A stretch of DNA of 64,000 nucleotides from Candidatus Multivoradales bacterium (GTDB taxonomy: Bacteria; Acidobacteriota; Thermoanaerobaculia; Multivoradales; Multivoraceae): the NCBI GenBank assembly GCA_965223325.1, contig CBDCWI010000001.1:96001-160000 (forward strand), in the 5' to 3' direction. Each line of letters opens with the position of its first letter. Position 1 is the stretch's first letter. A model generated the notes under the pieces. It was given only the letters and a program-made list of their open reading frames with translations, was not told where the DNA came from and did no database searches. Of the stretch, positions 21,730-32,308 are shown piece by piece. The translations under genes were made by a program, and so were the position numbers.

Positions 21730-21974
21730 CTTCGACTCCCTGGTGCGAACTGTCGAGATCGGCTTCGTTGCACCGCACCAACAACGAACCGAAGCCCGAG
21801 GGGTCTCCTGTGACCTCTCTCAGCTCCTGAGACGCAAAACACCGGCAAGACCTTGCACGACGGTCCCATGCGTCTGTCACTCCCACCCGACCACCGGCCG
21901 AAGGGGGCGTATGCTGTCTGCTCAGCGCGCTGGACGTTTCGGCGCCCCAACCACCTAGGAAACAGAGTCCTCCC

Positions 21975-22922
21975 ATGTCGCGACCGAACCACTCTCTTCT
22001 GCCAGATCGATCGGAGATCAGCTTTCTCGGCGACGACCTGAGACGAGTCGCGCGTTGCGACTGCCGTTACGCCCTGGTTCCGGTGCCATGGGAGGCGACC
22101 GTTTCGTGGGGAACCGGAACCGCGGACGGACCGCGGGCGCTCCTCGATGCGTCCCAGTACGTCGAGCTCTGGGACGAGGAACTGCGCACAGAGGCCTGGA
22201 CCGCTGGGATCTACACCTATTCGCCCATCGCCCTTCCACCGATCGAGGAGGAGCTTCCCGCGCACCACGAAGTCGTGTGGGCTGCGGTCGAAGCGATCCA
22301 TCGGACGGCTGCCCACATCCTGGCAGAGGGGCACCGAACCCTCTTTCTCGGTGGTGAGCATGGCATCACGCCGCCGCTGGTTCGCGCCGCCCTCGAGCAC
22401 TTCGGTGATCTGGCAGTGGTGCAGTTCGATGCCCACGCCGACCTGCGTCAGACCTACCACGGTACGCCCTGGAGTCACGCCTGCGCCATGGCCAGGGTGC
22501 GTGATCTCGGGGTCGAACACCTCGCGGTCGGCATTCGGTCACTGACTCCTGAAGGCGCCCGGCGTATCGACGATGAGGGCTTTCCTGTCCTTTGGGCCGA
22601 TCCACTTCTGCTGCCTCCCAACGAGCTCGAAGAGCGCTTCCGCGAGGCCCTCAAAGCGCTTCCCGAGTCGATCTACCTGACCTTCGATGTCGACTGGTTC
22701 GATCCGAGCGAGCTCCCAGCCACCGGCACTCCCGAGCCCGGCGGAGGCGACTGGTTTGGCGCCCTGCGCCTGCTGCGCATTCTGTTCGAAGAGAAGCGCG
22801 TGGTCGCCGGCGATGTGGTCGAGCTGGCACCCCACCCGGAGCACGCCGCCAGCGACTTCCTGGTCGCCAAACTGGTCTACAAGATGATTGGCTACTGGCA
22901 GAAAACCCGGCCCTCTGTGTAG
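21975..22922 (+). CDS. speB: Agmatinase (arginase/ureohydrolase family)
   Basis: GGEHGIT, FDAHADLR, SHAC, FDVDWFDPS, TGTPEPGG, DVVEL. Confidence 0.88.
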   Translation: MSRPNHSLLPDRSEISFLGDDLRRVARCDCRYALVPVPWEATVSWGTGTADGPRALLDASQYVELWDEELRTEAWTAGIYTYSPIALPPIEEELPAHHEVVWAAVEAIHRTAAHILAEGHRTLFLGGEHGITPPLVRAALEHFGDLAVVQFDAHADLRQTYHGTPWSHACAMARVRDLGVEHLAVGIRSLTPEGARRIDDEGFPVLWADPLLLPPNELEERFREALKALPESIYLTFDVDWFDPSELPATGTPEPGGGDWFGALRLLRILFEEKRVVAGDVVELAPHPEHAASDFLVAKLVYKMIGYWQKTRPSV

Positions 22923-22953
22923 GGACAGCGGCGCTGCTAGACTCCCGCGCGCC

Positions 22954-23823
22954 ATGACTTCCGAAGAGCCGCCAGAGGATTCCGTCACCGACGCCCCCAC
23001 CGAAGGTCCGCAGACAGAAGGCCCACAGACTGGCGGCCCGCGGACTGGCAAGCCCTTCGAGGACGCGACCCTCTCAGGGACTCTCGACCTCCGGCAGCCG
23101 ATGACCGAGGAGTGGCCGCTCCTTCGCGGCCCGGGCAGTCGTACCGAGGAGTTCTTCCGCGCCTGCCGCATCTTCGCCGAGTTCATTCGCGGCTTCCGCG
23201 CCCTGCACTTCATCGGTCCTTGCGTCACCGTCTTCGGCTCGGCCCGCTTTGAACAGGACCATCCCTACTCCCTCCTCGCCGAGCGCACCGCGCAACGCGC
23301 CGCCGAAGCCGGCTACGCAGTAATGACCGGCGGCGGTCCCGGCATCATGGAGGCGGCCAACCGTGGCGCCAAGCTGGGTGACGGTGTCTCGATCGGCTGT
23401 GGGATCCAACTGCCCTTCGAAGAGGCACAGAACGAACACATCGACATCTGGGTCAAGTTCAACTACTTCTTCGTGCGCAAAGTCATGCTGGTGAAGTACT
23501 CGCAGGCATTCATCGTCATGCCGGGTGGCTTCGGCACCATGGATGAGATCTTCGAGACAGCGACCCTCATTCAAACGCGCAAGATCAAGGAGTTCCCCCT
23601 GATCCTGATGGGCTCGGAGTATTGGAAGCCTCTGCTCGATTTCCAGCGCAACGTGATGGTCAAGGACCTGACCATCAGTCCCGACGACCCCGATCGTTTC
23701 TTCGTCACCGACTCGCCGGAGGAGGCTCTCGAGGCCATTCGTCGCGGCAGTCGCTGGTACGGCAAGGAGTTTCGCAAGCAGGCTCGCCAGCTCGAGCTGT
23801 TCCGCAAGAAGCAGAAGCGCTGA
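22954..23823 (+). CDS. LOG family (TIGR00730) nucleotide monophosphate nucleosidase
   Basis: VTVFGSAR, TGGGPGIMEAAN, FFVRKVM, PGGFGTMDE. Confidence 0.92.
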   Translation: MTSEEPPEDSVTDAPTEGPQTEGPQTGGPRTGKPFEDATLSGTLDLRQPMTEEWPLLRGPGSRTEEFFRACRIFAEFIRGFRALHFIGPCVTVFGSARFEQDHPYSLLAERTAQRAAEAGYAVMTGGGPGIMEAANRGAKLGDGVSIGCGIQLPFEEAQNEHIDIWVKFNYFFVRKVMLVKYSQAFIVMPGGFGTMDEIFETATLIQTRKIKEFPLILMGSEYWKPLLDFQRNVMVKDLTISPDDPDRFFVTDSPEEALEAIRRGSRWYGKEFRKQARQLELFRKKQKR

Positions 23824-23880
23824 CACCACCTCCCAGCCCATGCCCTGCCATCGGCGACGGGCGCTTCTGGGCGCCGACGA

Positions 23881-25440
23881 TCACCAGAGGCCGACCCACG
23901 GTCCGATCAGCGCGGAAAGCACCACAACCGCGACCAGTGCCGCGAGGTTGAGCCACAGACCGGCACGTACCATCTGCGGAATGGTGATCTCGCCTGATCC
24001 AAAGACGATCGCGTTCGGCGGCGTCGCCACGGGCATCATGAAGGCGCAACTCGCCGCTAGCACCATCGGCACGAGCAGCCGCATGGGCTCGATTCCCACA
24101 CCCTCGGCGACCGCCGCGACGATGGGCATGAACGTCGCGGTGGTGGCGGTGTTCGAGGTCATCTCGGTCAGACCCATCACCGCCGCTGCCACCGCCATCA
24201 CGAAGATCATCGGTGGCGCCTCACCGAGCCCGGCGAGACCACGGCCGACAAAGCGATCGACGCCGGTCAGAGAGACCAGCGCGGCGAGACTGAGGCCGCC
24301 GCCGAACAGCAGCAGAATCCCCCACGGCAGGTGGCGAGCGTCGCGCCACCGCAAGACGAAGTCGCCGCGTTTGAGGTCGAGCGGCCAGGCGAAGAGAACC
24401 AGGGCAGCCAGCATGGCGATTCCAGAGTCCGAGACGCCGGCAAACAGCCGCTCTCCTCCGATCTCGACAGCGGCGAGGCGCGAGCGCGCCATCCACAGGA
24501 ACGCGGTGGCCACAAAGACCGCCAGCACGATGCGCTCGGGACCACCGATCGGCCCGAGGCGGTCCAACTCGCGGCGCACCAACTGGCGTCCACCAGGAAT
24601 CCGCTCGACCTCGGGCCGGTACAGACGGCAGACCAACCACCAGGTGAGCGGCAACATGGCTACAGCGATCGCCAGGCCGAGCGGCAACCAGGCACCGAAC
24701 GCCAGGTCGATGCGGTACCGGTCGGCGGCGAAGCTCGCCAAGAGCGTGTTCGGCGGCGTACCGATCAGGGTGGCGGTCCCCCCGATCGACGCCGCATAGG
24801 CCATGCCGAGCAGGAGCGCAATCGCGAACCGGAAGGGCTCACCCTCGACCGGAGCCGCGCCCTCCTCCTCGAGCCGTTGGCGCACCAGCGCGATCACCGA
24901 GAGGGCGATCGGCAGCATCATGACGACCGTCGCCGTGTTAGAGATCCACATGCTCAAGAACCCGCTCGCGAGCATGAAGCCGAGGACCATGAAGCGTGAC
25001 CGTTCGCCCACCATCGCCACCGTGGCGAGGGCAAGCCGACGATGGAGACCATGACGCTGCATCGCCAGCGCCAACATGAAGCCACCCATGTAGAGAAAGA
25101 TCAGGTGGTTGGCGTAGGGACTGGCCGCCTCTTGAATCGACACCTCCCCAGCGGAGAGAAGCGGCACGGCCGCAAGCGGCAAGAGAGCCGTGGCGGGAAC
25201 CGGCAGCGCTTCGGACAGCCACCAGACGGCCATCCACACCCCCACCGCAGCCACCACCCGACCCTGGTGTTCGAGCCCCGAGACGATCTCCCCAGAGGGC
25301 GCGAACTGCGCCTCCGGAATCAGCACATAGACCAAAAGGGCCAGGAGTGGGCCGGCCGCCAGTCCGGCGTGGTTCAACCAGCGCGTCCGATCAGACGCCG
25401 GCCCCTCGTGGCTCAGCTCTGCCCCGGCTGCTGGAGCCAC
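23881..25440 (-). CDS. DASS/SLC13 sodium-coupled anion (dicarboxylate/sulfate) symporter
   Basis: SMWISNTAT, IGTPPN, TEMTSNTAT, CAFMMPVATPPNAIV. Confidence 0.93.
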   Translation of the reverse strand: MAPAAGAELSHEGPASDRTRWLNHAGLAAGPLLALLVYVLIPEAQFAPSGEIVSGLEHQGRVVAAVGVWMAVWWLSEALPVPATALLPLAAVPLLSAGEVSIQEAASPYANHLIFLYMGGFMLALAMQRHGLHRRLALATVAMVGERSRFMVLGFMLASGFLSMWISNTATVVMMLPIALSVIALVRQRLEEEGAAPVEGEPFRFAIALLLGMAYAASIGGTATLIGTPPNTLLASFAADRYRIDLAFGAWLPLGLAIAVAMLPLTWWLVCRLYRPEVERIPGGRQLVRRELDRLGPIGGPERIVLAVFVATAFLWMARSRLAAVEIGGERLFAGVSDSGIAMLAALVLFAWPLDLKRGDFVLRWRDARHLPWGILLLFGGGLSLAALVSLTGVDRFVGRGLAGLGEAPPMIFVMAVAAAVMGLTEMTSNTATTATFMPIVAAVAEGVGIEPMRLLVPMVLAASCAFMMPVATPPNAIVFGSGEITIPQMVRAGLWLNLAALVAVVVLSALIGPWVGLW

Positions 25441-27110
25441 GGCTTACGCTCGAAGTAGCTGTGGGTGAGCTTGGCCACCACCCCGGAGAGCATCAGCACG
25501 GCAAGCAGGTTGGGGAACGTCACGATCCCCAGAGCGACATCGCCGAGTGTCCAGATGAACGCCAGACTGATGATCGAGCCCAGGAAGTGCATGACGATGT
25601 AGATCACCTTGTAGGGCAGGATGGCCTTCTTGCCGAACAGGTAGTTGGCGCAGCGGTCGCCGTAGTAGCTCCACGAAATCGCCGTTGAAATGCCAAACAA
25701 GATGACCGAGAGGATCACCACATAGTGGCCCCAATCTCCCAGCGGGCTCAACCCACGACGGAACGCCGCCTGGGTGAGGGGGGCGCCGGTCTCGACCGCC
25801 AGACCGTGCACCGCCGGATAGACCGAACCGTCGGTGTGAACGGCCTCTCCGCTGTCGATCTTGATGGTGCCATCGAAGGGCACCATCATGGCGGCGTCGA
25901 CGAAGACCTTCTCGACCATCACTTCGTGCCAGGCCAACGCGACGTCCCCGACCACCTCGCCGCCCTCGAAACGCATCTCGGTCGGCTGGTCGACGTCTGT
26001 CCACTCGCCGCCCGCGAGGCTGACGTAGGAGGCGTCGCCGCTGCCGATCGGCATCTCGGTCGGAAAGCGGTCATCCCAGACCCCAGTGGTGAGGATGACG
26101 AAACCGGTCAGGCTGCAGATGACGATGGTGTCGATGAACGGCTCGAGCAGAGCGACGACACCTTCTGAGACCGGTTCGTCGGTCTTGGCGGCCGCGTGCG
26201 CGATGGGCGCCGAACCCTGGCCCGCTTCGTTCGAGAACAGACCGCGACGTACGCCCCACATCATGGTCATCAAGAAGGCGCCAGCGCCGGTCCCGGCAAC
26301 GCCGGCACTCGGGTTGAAAGCCTCGCGAAGGATGAGCGCGAAGGTCCCCGGCAGCTCGGCGAAGTTGAGCAGCAGAATGATCAGCGCAGCCACCGTGTAG
26401 ATCGCCGCCATCACCGGCGCCAGAATGCTGGTCACCCGCCCGATGCGGGAAATGCCGCCGAGAATGACCGCCGAGACGATGCTGGCCGTGATCAGGCCGC
26501 AGATCCACACCGGAACGCCAAATTCGGTGTTGACCGCATCGGCAACGGTGTTCGACTGCACCCCGTTGCCGGTCAGGAACGAGGTGACGATCAGCGCGCC
26601 GGCAAAGAACATCGCCAGGGGTTTCCAGCCCAGGCCTTTCTCCATGTAGTACATCGGCCCGCCCGAGACGGTGCCTTCCCACCTGGTGGGGTCCTTGTCT
26701 GGACCCTCGACGACGCGGTAGTGCTGCGCCAGGGTGACCTCGGAGTATTTGAGCCCCATGCCGATGAAGGCCGTCACCCACATCCAGAAGAGTGCACCGG
26801 GCCCGCCAAAGTGAATCGCGATCGCGACGCCAGCGATATTGCCGATGCCAACAGTTGCCGAGAGCGCCGTCGTCAGCGCCTGAAAGTGCGAGACGTCGCC
26901 AGGCTCGTTGGGGTCGTCGTAGCGACCGGTGGTGACCCCGAAACCGTGTGCCAGGCGGCGCACCTGCGGAAAGCCGAGGCGAAACATCAAGAAGATGCCG
27001 GTACCCAGGAGGGCAATCACCAGGAGGGGAATCGACTGGTCGCCAACCGGGATCCCGAAGTTCCAGACGTAGTGTTCGAGGGTTCCGACGATCGACTCGA
27101 AGGTCTGCAT
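25413..27110 (-). CDS. Alanine/glycine:cation symporter (AGCS family)
   Basis: ALSATVGIGNIAGV, GGPGALFWMW, GGPMYY, FSNEAGQGS, DTIVIC; start placed at ATG 27110. Confidence 0.94.
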   Translation of the reverse strand: MQTFESIVGTLEHYVWNFGIPVGDQSIPLLVIALLGTGIFLMFRLGFPQVRRLAHGFGVTTGRYDDPNEPGDVSHFQALTTALSATVGIGNIAGVAIAIHFGGPGALFWMWVTAFIGMGLKYSEVTLAQHYRVVEGPDKDPTRWEGTVSGGPMYYMEKGLGWKPLAMFFAGALIVTSFLTGNGVQSNTVADAVNTEFGVPVWICGLITASIVSAVILGGISRIGRVTSILAPVMAAIYTVAALIILLLNFAELPGTFALILREAFNPSAGVAGTGAGAFLMTMMWGVRRGLFSNEAGQGSAPIAHAAAKTDEPVSEGVVALLEPFIDTIVICSLTGFVILTTGVWDDRFPTEMPIGSGDASYVSLAGGEWTDVDQPTEMRFEGGEVVGDVALAWHEVMVEKVFVDAAMMVPFDGTIKIDSGEAVHTDGSVYPAVHGLAVETGAPLTQAAFRRGLSPLGDWGHYVVILSVILFGISTAISWSYYGDRCANYLFGKKAILPYKVIYIVMHFLGSIISLAFIWTLGDVALGIVTFPNLLAVLMLSGVVAKLTHSYFERKPWLQQPGQS

Positions 27111-27220
27111 ACTCGCTTCCTTCCCGCGCTGCCTCAAACGAAGAGCGCGCACTGGAACCGGCGCGACGACGGTCGCCGGGTCCCGCTCTTGGGTTGTGAA
27201 ATGGTGTGAAGTTGCGGGAT

Positions 27221-28282
27221 TTATAGCACGCCGAGCGCGCCCAGGACGTGGCGGTAGAAACGACGGCGCCAGCCGTGAAGCGGCGCTTCTGACGACTCGC
27301 GGTAGCCCAGGAGAACGACGGTCACCCTCGGCCCGGGGTCGTGCCACACACTGCCGCCCACAAAGCCCGTATGGCCGAACGACCCCGCCCTGAAGGGGCT
27401 GGCCTCGCCGCGGGTCCGCCGACGCTCCCAACCCAGCGCGTAACGTCCTGGAGGTCCTCGAAGCGCCCGGTCGACGGTCGCGGGCCTGAGCGCGCCGTTC
27501 GCGCCGCCGGTCGCCGGCGCCTCTGTCCAACAGCCGACCAGGCCGGCGACGTCGGTGACCGTGCCGAAGAGCCCGGCGTGGCCGGCGGGCCCGAGAAAGC
27601 GCGCGTTTCCGTCTTGAACCTGACCCGAACGCGGCGGCCCGAGCGGTTCGATCTCGAGGCCGAGGCCGGCGGCCAGGCGAACCTCCTGATCGGTATCGAT
27701 CGGACTCGCGAGACTCGGCGCCCCAGGGGTGGCACGCGTGCGGAAGTGGGCCCCGGTCGCCGCCAGCGGATCCTGGCTTTCGGCAGCGAAGATCTCACCC
27801 AGGGCACGGCCGGTTGTGTGCTCCAGGAGCACTCCTGCCAGGATGTACGACAGGTCGCTGTAGGTCCCACGGCGTCCTCCCAGCCACTCGCCACCCAGAA
27901 GTCGAGCAACAGCCTGCCTGGGCCCCTCTGTGAGGGCGTAGAGGGGTACCCAGGGCAACAGCCCTGCCCGATGGCGCAGGAGCTCTCCCACCGTGCGTCG
28001 ACCCAGCGCGGCAGAGAGCGCCAGCGGAGCATCGGTCTCTTTTCCAGGAACCTCAGCCAACGGCTGGTCGAGTTCGAGGTCGCCGGCCTCGACGACGCGC
28101 AGGAGGGCAGTCGCCACGAAGGGTTTGGTGATCGACGCCAGATCGAAGACCTGGTCGGGACCTTGCGCCGCGCCGGCGGCACCCTGCCAGACCAAGCGCC
28201 CGCTTTGTTCGACCCGCAGAGCGACCGATGTCCACGGGCCAGCGGCGGTGAGCTCCGCGAGCGCCCTGGCCCAGGGGGTCAC
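27221..28282 (-). CDS. Serine hydrolase, beta-lactamase family
   Basis: FDLASITK (SxxK), YSD, GHAGLF, FGHTGF. Confidence 0.88.
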   Translation of the reverse strand: MTPWARALAELTAAGPWTSVALRVEQSGRLVWQGAAGAAQGPDQVFDLASITKPFVATALLRVVEAGDLELDQPLAEVPGKETDAPLALSAALGRRTVGELLRHRAGLLPWVPLYALTEGPRQAVARLLGGEWLGGRRGTYSDLSYILAGVLLEHTTGRALGEIFAAESQDPLAATGAHFRTRATPGAPSLASPIDTDQEVRLAAGLGLEIEPLGPPRSGQVQDGNARFLGPAGHAGLFGTVTDVAGLVGCWTEAPATGGANGALRPATVDRALRGPPGRYALGWERRRTRGEASPFRAGSFGHTGFVGGSVWHDPGPRVTVVLLGYRESSEAPLHGWRRRFYRHVLGALGVL

Positions 28283-28390
28283 CGTGGCCCTCCGGTGGGG
28301 ATCTGGCGGCTGACGATCCTGAGATTGTCTCGGCCGATCGCCAAAAGGCTAACCCTCCCAAGGCCACCCTTGCTAAGCTGGGGCTTCATC

Positions 28391-30340
28391 ATGGAGCGAT
28401 TCGGGAAATACGAGATCCTGGAGAAAATCGGCGAAGGCGGATTTGGGATTATCTACAAAGGCTATGACCCGCTCATCAAGCGGACGGTAGCCATCAAGAC
28501 CTGTACCTCCGATGATCCGGAGATCCGTGACCGCTTCTTCCGCGAAGCGCAGATCTCGGGCAACCTGCAGCACCGCAACATCACGATCGTCTACGACTTC
28601 GGGATGGAGCGCAACATCCCGTACCTGATTCAGGAGTACCTGGGCGGTGAAGACTTGCATCGCAAGATCCGCCGCGGCGAGCAGATTCCCTTCGGAACGC
28701 AGCTCCTGCTCCTGATCCAGGCAGCGCGCGGTCTCCAGCACGCCCACCAGAACGGCGTCGTCCACCGCGACATCAAGCCCAGCAACGTTCGCATCCTCGA
28801 CGACGGGGTGGTCAAGATCATGGACTTCGGCATCGCCAAGGTGATGTCGAGCGAGGCCCTCACCCAGACCGGCGAGACCATTGGCACCGCCGCGTACCTC
28901 TCACCGGAACAGATCCGCGGTGAAGACATCGACCATCGGGCCGACATTTTTGCCTTCGGCACCCTCGCCTACGAGCTGATCTCCGGCCAGCGGGCGTTCG
29001 TCGGCGAGAACCCGTCGACGGTGCTCTACCAGGTCCTGTCGGCCGAGCCGCCAGCGCTCTCGAGCGTCGCGCCGCTCTGCCCGCCGGCGATGGAAGCGAT
29101 CGTCTCGCGCTGCCTCGAGAAGAACCCTGAGCGTCGCTATCCCGATTGCGGTCAACTCCTCGCCGATCTCGGAGCGCTGCTCGATCTCGGCGATGCGCCC
29201 CCCGCCGGGGTCACGGTCACCGGGTCGATCATCGCCCCGCCCTCGGCTCGTCCGTTGTCGGGCTCGATCCACACCGGCGCCACCATGCCTTTGACCCCGC
29301 GTTCGGCGACCGCGCTCGATGAGATACCCCTGGAAGGCTTCGGTTCTGCGCCCGACACCGATGTCCATCCCAGCCGCTCACGCACCCTTGGCGTTCTGAT
29401 GATGTTCCTGGTCGTCGCTGGCCTCGGTGCCGGTTCGTGGTGGTACTCGAAGGGCTATCGCCCCTCCTGGATACCCGCCACCGGCGCCAGTGCTGCCGCG
29501 ACCGTTGACGCCGCTGACGGGCTGGCGCCGGCTAGCGAGGCGCCGCCCCCAGCCATCCGCGGGACCCAGCTCGCCGACGGCCTTCCTGGAGACGACGCCG
29601 ACCCTCATGGCCAGCTCGGCCAGGACGACCGCGCCGACCTTGCTGCGCGCGCACCCGAAGGCCAGGTCTCGGAAGGCCAGGTCTCGGAAGGCCAGATCTC
29701 GGAGGGCCAGGTCTCGGAGGGCCAGATCACCGAAGATGAGCGGCTCGCGCGGTCCACCGAGCAGCCCGAAGGCAGTCACACCGAGGCCGACGTTTCTGGG
29801 ACCGACAGCGGTCAGGGCTCGTTTCGGCTCGTCGCGGCCTCCGACGCCGCCAGCACGAGAAGCGCCGCCGGCAGCGATCAGCAGCCGTTCGAGACGGTGG
29901 CCCTCGAACCGCTTTCCGAGGCGCCGCCCCCGGCCCGGCCGGCGACAACTCCTACGATTCGCGAGACCCAGGCGTCGTTCCGGGGCTTCCGCGAAACATC
30001 GAAACCAGGCGAGACGGCCAGCCAGCTGGAATTTGTGGCCACCCTTCCTGCCTTGTTGACCGTGCGGCAGAGCCCCGGGTCGAGGCCGGTCTGGGTCGTC
30101 GCCAATGGTCAGGCAATCGGCTGGACCCCGCTCCAGGACACCCAACTCGAGCCCGGAAACTACGACGTCGGGCTCTACGCCAGTCCCGATGATTCACAAT
30201 CTCTATACCGTGAACCCGTGCTTCTTCGGCCCGGATATGTCAAGGTTCTCACCTTCGACACCGGACGCCAGCTTCTGGCGGTGTCGGAGCGAGCGTGGGA
30301 TGGCACCCCGGGCACCGGTCCGGGGGCATCCGAGCCCTGA
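28391..30340 (+). CDS. Membrane-anchored Hanks-type Ser/Thr kinase with PEGA-like C-terminal domain
   Basis: IGEGGFG, VAIK, HRDIKPSN, DFGIAK, GTAAYLSPEQ; TM; ANGQAIGWTPL..LEPGNY; start placed at ATG 28391. Confidence 0.94.
   Translation: MERFGKYEILEKIGEGGFGIIYKGYDPLIKRTVAIKTCTSDDPEIRDRFFREAQISGNLQHRNITIVYDFGMERNIPYLIQEYLGGEDLHRKIRRGEQIPFGTQLLLLIQAARGLQHAHQNGVVHRDIKPSNVRILDDGVVKIMDFGIAKVMSSEALTQTGETIGTAAYLSPEQIRGEDIDHRADIFAFGTLAYELISGQRAFVGENPSTVLYQVLSAEPPALSSVAPLCPPAMEAIVSRCLEKNPERRYPDCGQLLADLGALLDLGDAPPAGVTVTGSIIAPPSARPLSGSIHTGATMPLTPRSATALDEIPLEGFGSAPDTDVHPSRSRTLGVLMMFLVVAGLGAGSWWYSKGYRPSWIPATGASAAATVDAADGLAPASEAPPPAIRGTQLADGLPGDDADPHGQLGQDDRADLAARAPEGQVSEGQVSEGQISEGQVSEGQITEDERLARSTEQPEGSHTEADVSGTDSGQGSFRLVAASDAASTRSAAGSDQQPFETVALEPLSEAPPPARPATTPTIRETQASFRGFRETSKPGETASQLEFVATLPALLTVRQSPGSRPVWVVANGQAIGWTPLQDTQLEPGNYDVGLYASPDDSQSLYREPVLLRPGYVKVLTFDTGRQLLAVSERAWDGTPGTGPGASEP
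29657..29731 (+). repeat. 15-bp coding tandem repeat x5 (EGQ[V/I][S/T])
   Basis: ga(a/g)ggccag(g/a)tctcg units seen directly. Confidence 0.92.
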
Positions 30341-30481
30341 GAGGGCTCTGTTCGATACCTCCTCCCACGTTCGTCCCGCAGGATCGACGAGTCCTTCGTC
30401 TTCTGCGCCCCGGCAGTCCGCCGCTCTCTACCCGCCCCGTCCCCTCCTCGCCCTTTCATCCCCTCCCTATCCCCCTTCCCC

Positions 30482-32308
30482 ATGATCGAGCTCACCTTCA
30501 AAAGGCGCCATCGCAGAGCGCCCCCAACACTCGTCGCCGGCCTGCTCCTCGCCTTTCTCATGACCGAGGCACCAGTCCTCGGCCAGGCTCCGACCACCGG
30601 CGCTGGCAACGAATCCCCCGCACAGCTCGCTCGGCGCGCCGCCGAGCGCTTCGCCGAAGATGACCTGCCCGGGGCGGTCGACTTCTACCGGCGCGCCGCG
30701 GCTGCCACCCGCGATATGAACGAACGCGCCAGCCTGCTGATCAACGCGGCCTGGCTCGAGCACCTGCAAAAGAAGAGCGAGAGCGCCTCGATCCTGCTTC
30801 GTCAGGCGCGCTCGGCCGCTCCCGACTTCCCGTTCGAACGATCGCTCTACGGCGCCGACTTCGTCGCGATGTGGGAGCAGGGCGCCGTACGGCGCGTTGA
30901 CCAGCGGCGCCGAGACGTTCTGCTCCTCATTCAGCAGGCGGTCCAGGCGATGACCAACGACCAAAACACCACCGCCCGCGACCTGCTCGATCGCGCGCTG
31001 CAGATCGATCCCAACGACTCCACAGCGCTCTACAACCGGGCACTGGTCGACGTACGCCTGGGTGAGTCAGAACTGGCGATCGCCAGGCTGCAGCAGATCA
31101 TTACCGCCGCCAACGCCTCGCGCATCGAGATCTCGAGTGTGCTGCTCGGTCGGACTCTCAACGAGCTCGGCGCCCTGCAGCTCGAAGCCGAGCTGCCCAG
31201 CGAAGCGATCGTCCAGCTCGAACGCTCCGTCGACCTGGCACCCGAGAACGGTGCGGCCTGGAACAACCTGGGCCTGGCACGCGAGCAGCTCGGGCAACCC
31301 GATCGCGCCGTCGTCGCCTACCGCGCCGCCATCGAAAGGCTCGGCGACCAGGCGACGTTGATCGCCAACCTGGGCCGCGCCCTGCGTTTGACCGGCGACC
31401 TGACCGGCGCCATCGACCGCCTGGTGCGCGCCACCGAGACCGACCCGCGAGCGGCGAGCGCCTACTACGAACTCGGCCAGGCGCGTCTCGACAAGAAACA
31501 ACCCGACCTGGCAGTGGCCGCCTTCGACCGCGCTCTCGACCTCGGCCTCGTTGACTCACAGAAGGTCCTCGCCCTCAAGTACCTGGCGCGCGCGCGCTAC
31601 GAAACGAAGAGCTGGGATCTGGCTGCCAAGGCTGCTCGCGAGGCGACCGAGATCGAGGCATCAGACCCGGCCGTCTGGAACTACCTCGGGATGGCCGAGC
31701 GCCAGCTCGGCAACTTCGACGAAGCGGTCAACGCCTTGACCCGTGCCACCAGCCTCGCCCCCGATCGCGCCGACCTGGCGAACAACCTCGGCGACGCCTA
31801 CTTCGCCGATCGGCGCTACCGCGAAGCGCAGAGCTCCTTTCAGCGCGCGCTCGACCTCGACCCAGGTTTTGGCGCTGCCGAGCGCAACCTGGCCCTGGTG
31901 CAGGCCCGCCTGGCGGCGGCGCCGCCGACCGACCGGGTCGCCAAGGCCAACCGCCGGCGGGCGGGTGAAGTGGTCGAAGACAACAGTCGTCGCGGACGGC
32001 GGGGCAAGAAGAAGCGCGGCCAGACCAGCGTGCCACCCTTCGCGCCCGGGGTCGAGTTTGCCGACGGACGACACCCCGAAACCGATCTGGCTGCGGTGCG
32101 GGTGCGCAAGGTCGAACCACAGGGTCCCGCTGATCGCGCCGGCATCAGGCCGGGGGACTTCATCCTGCGCTTCGAAGGTGCCCCCATCAACAGCGCCACC
32201 GAGCTCGCACGATTGTTTCGCGCCATCGTTCCTGGTGCGACGGTGTCGATCGATCTCTACCGCGGCAACACCGCAACGCGAGTCGAGATCTCGCGCGCCG
32301 CGCGCTAG
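30482..32308 (+). CDS. Exported multi-TPR protein with C-terminal PDZ domain
   Basis: Signal-like N-terminus; many TPRs (AWNNLGLA, VWNYLGMA, LANNLGDAY); GPADRAGIRPGDFI PDZ. Confidence 0.88.
   Translation: MIELTFKRRHRRAPPTLVAGLLLAFLMTEAPVLGQAPTTGAGNESPAQLARRAAERFAEDDLPGAVDFYRRAAAATRDMNERASLLINAAWLEHLQKKSESASILLRQARSAAPDFPFERSLYGADFVAMWEQGAVRRVDQRRRDVLLLIQQAVQAMTNDQNTTARDLLDRALQIDPNDSTALYNRALVDVRLGESELAIARLQQIITAANASRIEISSVLLGRTLNELGALQLEAELPSEAIVQLERSVDLAPENGAAWNNLGLAREQLGQPDRAVVAYRAAIERLGDQATLIANLGRALRLTGDLTGAIDRLVRATETDPRAASAYYELGQARLDKKQPDLAVAAFDRALDLGLVDSQKVLALKYLARARYETKSWDLAAKAAREATEIEASDPAVWNYLGMAERQLGNFDEAVNALTRATSLAPDRADLANNLGDAYFADRRYREAQSSFQRALDLDPGFGAAERNLALVQARLAAAPPTDRVAKANRRRAGEVVEDNSRRGRRGKKKRGQTSVPPFAPGVEFADGRHPETDLAAVRVRKVEPQGPADRAGIRPGDFILRFEGAPINSATELARLFRAIVPGATVSIDLYRGNTATRVEISRAAR

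Noticed and set aside
27341-28390. 350-aa N-terminal extension of the 999-aa kinase ORF
   Set aside because: Overlaps the opposite-strand serine hydrolase; the kinase domain begins at ATG 28391
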